Below are positions 54,305 to 62,253 of a stretch of 64,000 nt of DNA, one piece after another (the first letter of the stretch is position 1; every line of letters begins with the position of its first letter). The stretch comes from Vicinamibacterales bacterium (GTDB lineage Bacteria > Acidobacteriota > Vicinamibacteria > Vicinamibacterales > SCN-69-37): the NCBI GenBank assembly GCA_035519535.1, contig DATIWF010000029.1:21611-85610 (forward strand), read 5' to 3'. The translations under genes and the position numbers were made by a program. Below the pieces are notes generated by a model that was given only the letters and a program-made list of their open reading frames with translations, did not search any database and had not been told where the DNA came from.

Positions 54305-55120
54305 GGCGGTGCGTTCCTGCGCGCTGAGCGTCGGCATCACGCGGCGGAGGATGCGGCCGTTGCCGAGCTCGAGCGGCAGCAGCGTCGCCCGGCCGCGGGT
54401 CCCGGGATCGCCGTCCGGCACCGTGAGCGCCTGGTGCAGCTGGCGCGACCCGAATGCCAGCGCCTCCGAGATGCGGGCTGTCGCCGCGCCGATGGCCTGC
54501 GGCCCCGGCGGCCACAGCTTGCCGACGCCATCAGAAATCGCGCGAAGCCGGTGAGGCGCCACCTGCTCGGTGACGAGCGATGCTGACGCGGTCGCCGAAG
54601 ACCAGCCGATGACGACTCCTGGCGGGCGTCCGACGACGACGAGATCGACGTCCGCGCCCGATCGGCCGAGTTCGAGCCCGACGAGCGCTCTGACCGCCGA
54701 CGGCACCGCGCCGGCAGCCGAACCCAGCAGGCGAGCCGACGGCCACTTGATCTCCGCCGCCACCGTCTCCATGAGGGTGGTCTGGTCCGGCCCCGCGAGC
54801 ACGAGCGGGGCGCTCGTACCGGCGCGCGCGAGCTGTCGAATCAACGCCAGACCGGCCTCGCCCTGCCATTCGCCGGTCTCGATCGCGTCGGCCACGATGA
54901 TCACCGTTGCGCCCGCGGCTGCCAGCACGTCGTCGGTCGCCGAGAGGTCGACGTCGACGCCGTCGATCGGTCCCGACTGCCGGATGTCGAGCGCCTTGCC
55001 GGCGGCGACGGAGGCCTTGGCGTCGATGAACCGGATCGATCGAAACCTCGCGCGCTCGGCGAGACGGTGCGCGATCGCGCCGCCGATCGGGCCCGCGCCG
55101 AGAATAGCCGCCGAGGACAT
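54293..55120 (-). CDS. LDH/MDH-like Rossmann protein lacking catalytic residues (probable pseudoenzyme)
   Basis: Internal ATG of ORF 54293..55402. N-terminal AILGAGPIGGAIAHRLA...FIDA...AGKALDI resembles malate/lactate dehydrogenases. Where R-x-P-G-x-x-R is expected it reads DAIETGEWQGEAG, and where G-x-H-G-D is expected it reads VVGRPPG. Confidence 0.6.
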   Translation of the reverse strand: MSSAAILGAGPIGGAIAHRLAERARFRSIRFIDAKASVAAGKALDIRQSGPIDGVDVDLSATDDVLAAAGATVIIVADAIETGEWQGEAGLALIRQLARAGTSAPLVLAGPDQTTLMETVAAEIKWPSARLLGSAAGAVPSAVRALVGLELGRSGADVDLVVVGRPPGVVIGWSSATASASLVTEQVAPHRLRAISDGVGKLWPPGPQAIGAATARISEALAFGSRQLHQALTVPDGDPGTRGRATLLPLELGNGRILRRVMPTLSAQERTASGL

Positions 55121-55139
55121 CGGGGGGTATTCTAGCGTC

Positions 55140-55850
55140 ATGCAGCGGGCAATCGTGACAGGTGGAACGCGTGGAATCGGGTTGGCTGTCGCGCGGGCGA
55201 TTCTGGCGCAGGACGGCCGCGTGATGATCACGGGCCGCACGCAGGCGGGCGTCGATGCGGCCGTGCGATCCCTCGCGCCGGCTTCGTCCGCCTCGTCGCG
55301 GGCTGCGGGCGCGGCCGTGGACGTGCGGGATCGCTCGGCGGTCGAGGCACTGGTCGCCGACACGGTCAAGCGCTTCGGCGGACTCGACGTGCTCGTCAAC
55401 AACGCGGGCGTCGGCGCGATGGTGGAGGTCGCTTCGATGTCCGACGACGACTGGGATCGGACGATCGCGACGAACCTGACCGGGGTCTTCTACTGCACCC
55501 GCGCCGCGATTCCCGCGATGAAACAGTCTGGCGGCGGATGGATCATCAACATCGCGAGCCTCGCCGGACGCAATTACTTTCCCCGCGGCGCCGCGTACTG
55601 CGCGTCGAAGGCGGGCCTTGTCGCGTTCAGCGAGTCGCTGATGCAGGAAGTGCGCTACGACGGCATCCGCGTGAGCGTCGTGATGCCCGGTTCGGTCGCG
55701 ACGACGTTCGGGGGCGAGACGCTCGGCGCGGAGGACGCCTGGAAGCTCGCGCCCGACGACATCGCCGAAGTCATCGTCGATCTCCTGCGACATCCGGCGC
55801 GCAGCCTGCCCAGCCGGATCGAGATCCGGCCGTCGCAGCCGCGCAGGTAG
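55140..55850 (+). CDS. Short-chain dehydrogenase/reductase (SDR)
   Basis: The ATG at 55140 has TATTCT 6 nt upstream and no Shine-Dalgarno sequence. Motifs are TGGTRGIG, NNAG and YCASKAG (YxxxK). Confidence 0.85.
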   Translation: MQRAIVTGGTRGIGLAVARAILAQDGRVMITGRTQAGVDAAVRSLAPASSASSRAAGAAVDVRDRSAVEALVADTVKRFGGLDVLVNNAGVGAMVEVASMSDDDWDRTIATNLTGVFYCTRAAIPAMKQSGGGWIINIASLAGRNYFPRGAAYCASKAGLVAFSESLMQEVRYDGIRVSVVMPGSVATTFGGETLGAEDAWKLAPDDIAEVIVDLLRHPARSLPSRIEIRPSQPRR

Positions 55851-55919
55851 AAAAATAAGCCGGGTATATTTTTGCGGAAACCGTAATATGTTCCGCAAAA
55901 ATATACCCGGCTTATTTTT
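55851..55919. terminator. Perfect 29-bp AT-rich inverted repeat (bidirectional intrinsic terminator candidate)
   Basis: AAAAATAAGCCGGGTATATTTTTGCGGAA, an 11-nt loop, then TTCCGCAAAAATATACCCGGCTTATTTTT. It starts at the base after the SDR TAG and lies between convergent genes. Confidence 0.8.
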
Positions 55920-55934
55920 CTCAGCCCCGTCCCC

Positions 55935-56918
55935 CTACAACACCCGCGCGATCACGCGGCTGTCCACGTTGCGTCCTGACAGCACGACGCCGACGCGCCG
56001 GCCGGCGACATCCAGTCCGCCCTGAAGGATCGCGGCGACGCCCGCGGCGCCGGCGCCCTCGACGATGAACCGCTCGCGCGCGATGAGCTCGCGCATGGCA
56101 AAGCCGAGCGCGGACTCGCTCACGGCGACGACGCGATCCACGAGCGCCTGCACGAACCCGAACGTCTGGCTGTCCGGCTCCATGTTGCCCGCCAGCCCGT
56201 CGGCGAGCGTCGGCCCGACCTTCACCGTCGTGATCCGGCCGGCCGCAAGCGACGTCGTGAACACGGGCGACGCCTCCACCTCGGCGCCAACCACGAGCAC
56301 GGGCCTGGCGATCGATCGGGCGACAATTGCCGTGCCGGTCAGGAGTCCGCCGCCGCCCAACGGCACCACGAGCGTGTCCAGATCCGGTTCGTCCTCGAAC
56401 ATCTCGAGCGCCACGGTGCCGGCGCCGGCGATCACGTCCGGATGGTTGTAGGCCGAGATGTGCGCGTTCGACGGGTCGGCGGCCTCGGCCAAGGCCCGCG
56501 CCTCGGCCTCGTCGTAGGTCGCGGCCGGCACGATCTCGGCGCCCCAGCGTTTGATCGCGTCGAGCTTGGCGGCGGGCGCCGTCGCCGGCACGTGGACCCG
56601 CGCGCGCAGGCCGGTACGAGCGGCCGCCAGCGCAATCGCCTGCCCGTGGTTGCCGGCCGACGCGGTGACGACCTGACGAATCTCCGGCCGCGCCTCGCGC
56701 AGGCGGAGCATCGCGTTGAGCGCGCCCCGAATCTTGAACGCCCCTGTCGTCTGCACGATCTCGAGCTTCAGCCAGACGCTGGCGTTGGCCGCGTCCGACA
56801 GCCAGTCCGATCGCACGAGCGGCGTGCGCAGCGCGATCGGACGAATCCGGGCCGACGCGGCCTCGATGTCGGCGCGAGCCGGCTGCGCGTAGGTGGATCC
56901 CATGCTCGTTGGCATCAT
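55935..56918 (-). CDS. PLP-dependent threonine ammonia-lyase / serine-threonine dehydratase family
   Basis: PLP-lysine motif TGAFKIRGALN and GNHGQA. The start is uncertain (M at 56918, 56915 or 56903). Confidence 0.8.
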   Translation of the reverse strand: MMPTSMGSTYAQPARADIEAASARIRPIALRTPLVRSDWLSDAANASVWLKLEIVQTTGAFKIRGALNAMLRLREARPEIRQVVTASAGNHGQAIALAAARTGLRARVHVPATAPAAKLDAIKRWGAEIVPAATYDEAEARALAEAADPSNAHISAYNHPDVIAGAGTVALEMFEDEPDLDTLVVPLGGGGLLTGTAIVARSIARPVLVVGAEVEASPVFTTSLAAGRITTVKVGPTLADGLAGNMEPDSQTFGFVQALVDRVVAVSESALGFAMRELIARERFIVEGAGAAGVAAILQGGLDVAGRRVGVVLSGRNVDSRVIARVL

Positions 56919-57580
56919 ACAGTGGGGCAGTGCGCATCGACCGGGCCGCCGTCGAGCCGTTCTTCAAGAACGGCTACCTCGTGTCGTGCGAGACCACGCG
57001 CGAAGCGGTACTGATCGATCCCGGCGACGAGGTCGAGGCGCTGCTTGCCGTGGCGCGCCGGGACGCGCTCCGCGTGCAGGCGATTCTCTTGACGCACGCG
57101 CACCTCGACCACGTGACGGGCGTCGGCCGCGCGAAAGCCGCGCTCGACGTGCGCGTCTGGCTCGACCGCGCTGATCTCTTCCTCTACGACGAGACCGTCG
57201 AGCAGGGCCGCATGTTCGGGCTCGACGTCGAACAGCCGCCGCCGGTCGATGCCTTCTACGATCCGGAGACGCCCTTCCGCTTTGGCGCCTACATCGTCGA
57301 CGTGCTGCGGACGCCCGGGCACTGCCCGGGAGGCGTCTGCCTCGCGATCGGCTCCGCCGCGTCGAAAGCGCGCGAGCTCTTCGTCGGCGACACGCTCTTC
57401 GCGGGCTCGATCGGCCGCACCGACCTGCCCGGCGGCGACTACGAGACGCTCATTCGGTCGATTCGCGACGTGTTGTTCGCGTTTCCGGATGACACGATCG
57501 TGCACTCGGGCCACGGGCCCGACACGACGATCGGCGCCGAGCGGCGCACGAATCCGTTTCTCGTCGGGGCGCTGGACTGA
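56909..57580 (+). CDS. MBL-fold metallo-hydrolase (glyoxalase II-like)
   Basis: LLTHAHLDHVTG (HxHxDH), TPGHCPGG and SGHG motifs. The real start may be the GTG at 56930. Confidence 0.8.
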   Translation: MASYSGAVRIDRAAVEPFFKNGYLVSCETTREAVLIDPGDEVEALLAVARRDALRVQAILLTHAHLDHVTGVGRAKAALDVRVWLDRADLFLYDETVEQGRMFGLDVEQPPPVDAFYDPETPFRFGAYIVDVLRTPGHCPGGVCLAIGSAASKARELFVGDTLFAGSIGRTDLPGGDYETLIRSIRDVLFAFPDDTIVHSGHGPDTTIGAERRTNPFLVGALD

Positions 57581-57584
57581 GCCG

Positions 57585-57878
57585 CTAGTCCGCGGTCTGG
57601 ACCTGGAACTCGACGCGCCCCACCTGCAGGGTGTCGCCGTTCCTGAGCACCGCCCGGTCGATCCTGCGGCCGTTCACGCGCGTCCCGTTCGTGCTCTCGA
57701 GATCCTCGACGACGAGCTGGTCGGATCGATCGGCCGTCAGCCGGCAATGCAGCCGCGAGACGAGCGCGGCGTCGACGATGAAGTCGGCGCGCGCGGTCCG
57801 GCCGAGCGTCTTGACCGCGCCCGAGGGCAGGCGAAGCGTGAGCGGCGGCTCGCCGCTCGTCAGAATCCAGCCGGGCAT
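57585..57878 (-). CDS. FHA-domain protein
   Basis: 97 aa. The GR...D...D..VSR.H...........V.DL.STNGT.VNG pattern is typical of FHA domains. Confidence 0.8.
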   Translation of the reverse strand: MPGWILTSGEPPLTLRLPSGAVKTLGRTARADFIVDAALVSRLHCRLTADRSDQLVVEDLESTNGTRVNGRRIDRAVLRNGDTLQVGRVEFQVQTAD

Positions 57879-57887
57879 CGCAACAGC

Positions 57888-59564
57888 CTACTTCTTTTTT
57901 GGAGGAAGCACGTCGCGCAGCCAGCCGATCAGCGCGTCGGTCACCGCGGGCGCGACCGCGCGCGCCTGCAGCGTCTCGTATTCGTCGACCTCGCCCGTCG
58001 TCGCCGCGACGAGCCGATGGTTGACGCCCGGCACGACGGTCTTCGTCGTGGCGCTGCCGGGGAGTTTCGTGCGCGCGCGGGACAGCGTCTCCAGACGATC
58101 CGCGTTGGCGACCGGGAACTCGGTGTCGAGCGCGCCCTGCAGAATCAGGATCGGCTGATTGAGGTTCTTGATGACGGTCCCCGGATCGAAGAGCAGCCAG
58201 CTGCGGAACAGCGGCGTGTCGGCCTGCCGGCGGACGTCGTTGGGGACGCCCTCCCAGCCGGCGCCGGTAATCGCCGCGTCGACGACCTTCGACTGAAGCG
58301 CGATCTTCGCCTGCTTGTCGGCCTCGGACGTGTTCAACCGGCTGAGGACGTGGCGCTGCTGCTCGAGCGTGATCTCACGTCCGGTGAAGCCGCCCGCGCC
58401 GAGGAGCGCCACCGCCTTGAGCCGCTTCTGGCGATCGGCCGCGACGAGCGCCGGCGCGCCGCCGTCGCCGTACCCGACGACCGCGATCCGATCGCCGTCG
58501 ACGTCGTTTCGCTTGGCCAGCCACGGCGCAATCGTGCCGACGTCCTCCGCGTAATCCGAAATCGTCAGGTTCTCCGTGCGGCCGCCGCTTTGTCCCGTGC
58601 CGCGCTTGTCGTAACGGACGACCACGAACCCGGCGTTGGCGAGGGCACCGGCGATTTGTCCGAAGATCGGAATGCCGGAGACCGCCTCGTCGCGATCCTG
58701 CGGGCCGGTCGCGCCCACGAGGATGACCGCCGGCGACTTCTGTCCGGGATTGCCGGTCACCGTGACCGTCGCGCCGAGATTGAATCCATTCGCCGGGATG
58801 AAGACGGTCGAGTCGCCGGGGTTGCGAACGTGCTCCTCGCGCGTCATCACCGACGAGAGGTCGTCGCGGACGACGACGAGGCCCTGTGACGGCACGGCGA
58901 GCCGCGCGAGCCGGCTCTGCGTGTCGATCCAGACCTCGACCGCGAGCGGCGAGGGGTTGAGAAACGTCATGTCGATCGCCTTCAAGTCCACCGGCCCGAG
59001 CGGCGTCTGGAGCCTCTTGTCCGCGATCCGATCGACCGTCGCGCTGATCTCGGCCTGGGGCGCGACGTAGATGGGAAACCGCGTGCCCACGGTGGCCGCG
59101 CCGAGGCGCATCGCGAGCGCCTGATACGCGCCGTAGAAGTTGTTCGGCAGCACGATCGTTCGAGGCGTGACGTTCTGCAGGAGCGAGCCCTTCTGGCCCG
59201 CCTGCATCAGGTCGAGCGAGACCGTCGTCAGGTTGAAGTTCGCGGACAGCGTCATCAGCTGGCCGCTCAACACGCCCTCGATGACGAGCCGCTGCGGCTG
59301 CCAGTCCTTCTCGTAGAAGACCGTGAACCGCGTCGTGACGAGATCGATCGGTGCGATCTGGCGGCCCGCGGAGGAAATCTCCCAGCCCGCGGCGGATTCG
59401 GTGACGGTCACCGCTTCGAAGCCGACGCGGACGCCACGGAGCACAATGTTGTACGTCGCCGACTGGCTGACCTGACCCGTTTGACTGGCGGCGAGGACCG
59501 TGATGACCGTTGAGACGCCGAGAAGCGCGACGATAAGATGGCCGAAGGCCCGCATGACCCGCAT
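57888..59564 (-). CDS. Secreted alpha/beta-hydrolase-fold protein with an N-terminal beta-rich domain
   Basis: Internal start (M at 59564 or 59555) precedes a signal-like segment (HLIVALLGVSTVITVLAA). The C-terminal half resembles S9/dienelactone-hydrolase folds, but the nucleophile elbow reads VVGYGDGG. Confidence 0.6.
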   Translation of the reverse strand: MRVMRAFGHLIVALLGVSTVITVLAASQTGQVSQSATYNIVLRGVRVGFEAVTVTESAAGWEISSAGRQIAPIDLVTTRFTVFYEKDWQPQRLVIEGVLSGQLMTLSANFNLTTVSLDLMQAGQKGSLLQNVTPRTIVLPNNFYGAYQALAMRLGAATVGTRFPIYVAPQAEISATVDRIADKRLQTPLGPVDLKAIDMTFLNPSPLAVEVWIDTQSRLARLAVPSQGLVVVRDDLSSVMTREEHVRNPGDSTVFIPANGFNLGATVTVTGNPGQKSPAVILVGATGPQDRDEAVSGIPIFGQIAGALANAGFVVVRYDKRGTGQSGGRTENLTISDYAEDVGTIAPWLAKRNDVDGDRIAVVGYGDGGAPALVAADRQKRLKAVALLGAGGFTGREITLEQQRHVLSRLNTSEADKQAKIALQSKVVDAAITGAGWEGVPNDVRRQADTPLFRSWLLFDPGTVIKNLNQPILILQGALDTEFPVANADRLETLSRARTKLPGSATTKTVVPGVNHRLVAATTGEVDEYETLQARAVAPAVTDALIGWLRDVLPPKKK

Positions 59565-60543
59565 CACCGACCAGTATCGCATCATCGAGGCCGGCGCCGG
59601 CTGGATCGACCGGACGGCCCGCGGCCGCCTGCGATTCGAGGGCCGGGACGCGCGGACGTTCCTGCAGGCGCTCGTGACGAACGACGTCGCCGGGCTTGGC
59701 GCCGGCGAGGGTGCCGACACGGCGTACCTCACGCCTCAGGGCCGGATGGTCGCGATGCTGCGCCTGTTCTGTCTCGGCGACGACTGGCTGGCGGAAGTCG
59801 CGCCGGGGCAGGCCGCGGCCCTCGCGGCGCGTTTCGATCTGCTCGTGTTCACCGAAGACGTGCGTGTCGCGGACGTCTCGGGCGCGATCGCCGAAGTCAG
59901 CGTGATTGGTCGCGACGCCGCACCTGCGCTCGGGCGAGCCCTGGGCGTCGAGCCGTCGCGTCTGGCCGCGCTCGGCACGCTCGGCCATACGACGACGGGC
60001 GACGTCATGATCGCCCGGACGGACGACACGCCGTTTCCCGCGTTCGACCTGTTCGTGCCGGCGGCTGCGCGCGAGGCGACCGTCAGGACGATGGCCGCCG
60101 CGGGCATCACGCCGATCGACGCCGAGCTCGCCGAAGCGCTTCGGATCGAGGCGGGCCGCCCGGCATTTGGCGTCGACATGACCGAAGAGACGATCCCGCT
60201 CGAGGCGGGTCTGCTCGACCGCGCGATCAGCACGACGAAGGGTTGTTACGTCGGGCAGGAAGTGATCATCCGGGTGCTGCACCGCGGATCGGGCCGTGTC
60301 GCGCGGCGGCTGGTTCGTCTCACGTTCGACCCCGGCGCGTCACTGCCTCTCGCGGCCGGAACGCCGCTCGCGGCCGGCGACCACGACACGGGCCGGATCA
60401 CGAGTGCGGCCGTTTCGCCGGCCACCGGTCGAGTGATCGCGCTCGGCTACGTGCACCGTGACGCCGCCAAGGTCGGCGACGTCGTTCGCGCCCGGACGCC
60501 TGCGGGCGAGTGGGCCGCCACGATCGTCGGCCTGGCGGGCTGA
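59554..60543 (+). CDS. YgfZ/GcvT-like folate-binding protein
   Basis: Internal ATG of ORF 59500..60543. It contains the signature TKGCYVGQEVI (KGC-Y-x-GQE). Confidence 0.8.
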   Translation: MTRITDQYRIIEAGAGWIDRTARGRLRFEGRDARTFLQALVTNDVAGLGAGEGADTAYLTPQGRMVAMLRLFCLGDDWLAEVAPGQAAALAARFDLLVFTEDVRVADVSGAIAEVSVIGRDAAPALGRALGVEPSRLAALGTLGHTTTGDVMIARTDDTPFPAFDLFVPAAAREATVRTMAAAGITPIDAELAEALRIEAGRPAFGVDMTEETIPLEAGLLDRAISTTKGCYVGQEVIIRVLHRGSGRVARRLVRLTFDPGASLPLAAGTPLAAGDHDTGRITSAAVSPATGRVIALGYVHRDAAKVGDVVRARTPAGEWAATIVGLAG

Positions 60544-60544
60544 C

Positions 60545-60961
60545 TCAGCGTGAGGACGCCGGGGGCGCGGCGGCGAGCCGATCGATGAGCGCGCGGTCGG
60601 CTTCGGGAAAATCGAGCGCCTTGAGGCGCGCGCGCGCGACCCACTGAATCTCCTGCCCGAGCCGCGCCTGGGGCTCTCCGGAAATCTCGCAGCGACGAAA
60701 GTGCAGCCGCACCGTGCGATCGGGATACGCGTGTTCGATCGCGACGATCTCCTCGCCGATCGTGGCGCCGACGCCAAGTTCCTCGTCGAGCTCGCGCGCG
60801 AGGCAGGCCTCGTGCGACTCGCCAGGCTCGCACTTGCCGCCGGGGAACTCCCAGAGACCCGGCAGATGGCCGTGCTCGAGCCGGCGCGTCAGCAGGAAGT
60901 GCCCGTCGCGCTCCACGACCGCCGCCAGCACGACCATCGGCAGCCGGGCGTCAGGACCCAT
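60545..60961 (-). CDS. NUDIX hydrolase (MutT-like 8-oxo-dGTP diphosphatase)
   Basis: Intact Nudix box GGKCEPGESHEACLARELDEELG. Confidence 0.8.
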   Translation of the reverse strand: MGPDARLPMVVLAAVVERDGHFLLTRRLEHGHLPGLWEFPGGKCEPGESHEACLARELDEELGVGATIGEEIVAIEHAYPDRTVRLHFRRCEISGEPQARLGQEIQWVARARLKALDFPEADRALIDRLAAAPPASSR

Positions 60962-61685
60962 GCTCGGGGCTGAACGGATAAGCGCGGCATTTCGATTTCA
61001 TCGGACAGATCAGACACTGGGGCTTGCGGGCGGAGCACAGCGTGGCGCCGAAATCCATCAGCGCCTGGTTGAAGTCGAAGACGTGGCGGTGCGGCAGGAC
61101 CGTCCGCGAGACCGCCCACAGGTGGCGCTCGATCGCGTGGCTGCGCGGGTTGCCGCGCCCGAGGAACACGCGGAACAGCACGCGCGCGACGTTGGTGTCC
61201 AGGATCGCCGCGCGCTTGCCGAATGCGAAGCTCATCACCGCGCCCGCCGTGTACTCGCCGATGCCCTTGAACGATCGCAGCGTCAGTTCGTCGTCGGGCA
61301 GCCTGCCCCCGTACTTCGTCACCGCTTCCCGGGCGATCGCGTGCAGCCGCCGCGGCCGGATGTTGTAGCCGAGCGGATACCAGTCGCGGACGACGTCGGC
61401 TTCGGGGGCCTCGGCGAGCGCGTGGAAGGTCGGATAGCGCACGAGCCATTCTTCGTACTTCGGCAGCACGCGATCGACCTGCGTCTGCTGGAGCATCACC
61501 TCGGATACGAGGATGCGGTAGGGATCGCGCGTTTCGCGCCAGGGCAGGTCGCGCCCGTGGCGGCGGTACCACCCGAGCAATCGGCGGCGAAACCACTGTC
61601 GAGCGGGAGGCGAGGGCAGCGGCAGGCGCTTTCGGCGTCGCGGCACGGTGCCATAATAGGGGACCCGAACGAGGCCTGTCCCCAT
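60951..61685 (-). CDS. Short MutY-like HhH-GPD adenine glycosylase with an FeS cluster loop
   Basis: Internal ATG of ORF 60951..61826. Motifs are LPWRETRDPYRILVSEVMLQQTQV, GLGYN-like PLGYNIRPRRLH, GIGEYTAGAV and CSARKPQCLICPMKSKC. It has no C-terminal Nudix-like domain. Confidence 0.7.
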   Translation of the reverse strand: MGTGLVRVPYYGTVPRRRKRLPLPSPPARQWFRRRLLGWYRRHGRDLPWRETRDPYRILVSEVMLQQTQVDRVLPKYEEWLVRYPTFHALAEAPEADVVRDWYPLGYNIRPRRLHAIAREAVTKYGGRLPDDELTLRSFKGIGEYTAGAVMSFAFGKRAAILDTNVARVLFRVFLGRGNPRSHAIERHLWAVSRTVLPHRHVFDFNQALMDFGATLCSARKPQCLICPMKSKCRAYPFSPEHGS

Positions 61686-61698
61686 TCCCGCCAACCCT

Positions 61699-62253
61699 GT
61701 GGAAAAGAAGCACGTCCCCCTGTACACGAAGACCGGTGACGCCGGCCAGACCGCGCTGTTCGACGGGACGCGCGTGTCGAAAGCCGACCCTCGCGTCGTC
61801 GCGTACGGCGCGGTCGACGAGCTCAACGCCTGGATCGGACTGGTTCGGGCGAACCGCGTGGACGCGGAGATCGATCAGATGCTCGACCGCATCCAGCGCG
61901 ACCTCTTCGCGCTCGGCGCCGCGCTCGCCGACCCGCAGCACCGCATCGCGGCGCGCGTGGAGAAGGCGAAGATCGGCGACGCGGATGTGACGAAGCTCGA
62001 GCAGTGGATCGACGCGCTCGACGCCACGCTGGCGCCGTTGCGGCGTTTCATCCTGGCCGGCGGCGCCCCGACGGGCGCGCTGCTGCACCTGGCGCGCACC
62101 GTCTGCCGGCGCGCCGAGCGCGCGGTGGTTGGCCTGGGGCCGGACGCCGTCGATCCGATCGTCATCGTCTACATCAACCGGCTGTCCGATCTGTTGTTCG
62201 TGATGGCCCGCGCGGCGAATGCGCGCGCGGGCGCGGCCGAGATCGAGTGGTAG
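61699..62253 (+). CDS. PduO-type ATP:cob(I)alamin adenosyltransferase
   Basis: N-terminal LYTKTGDAGQT motif. 184 aa with helical-bundle-type sequence. Confidence 0.8.
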   Translation: MEKKHVPLYTKTGDAGQTALFDGTRVSKADPRVVAYGAVDELNAWIGLVRANRVDAEIDQMLDRIQRDLFALGAALADPQHRIAARVEKAKIGDADVTKLEQWIDALDATLAPLRRFILAGGAPTGALLHLARTVCRRAERAVVGLGPDAVDPIVIVYINRLSDLLFVMARAANARAGAAEIEW

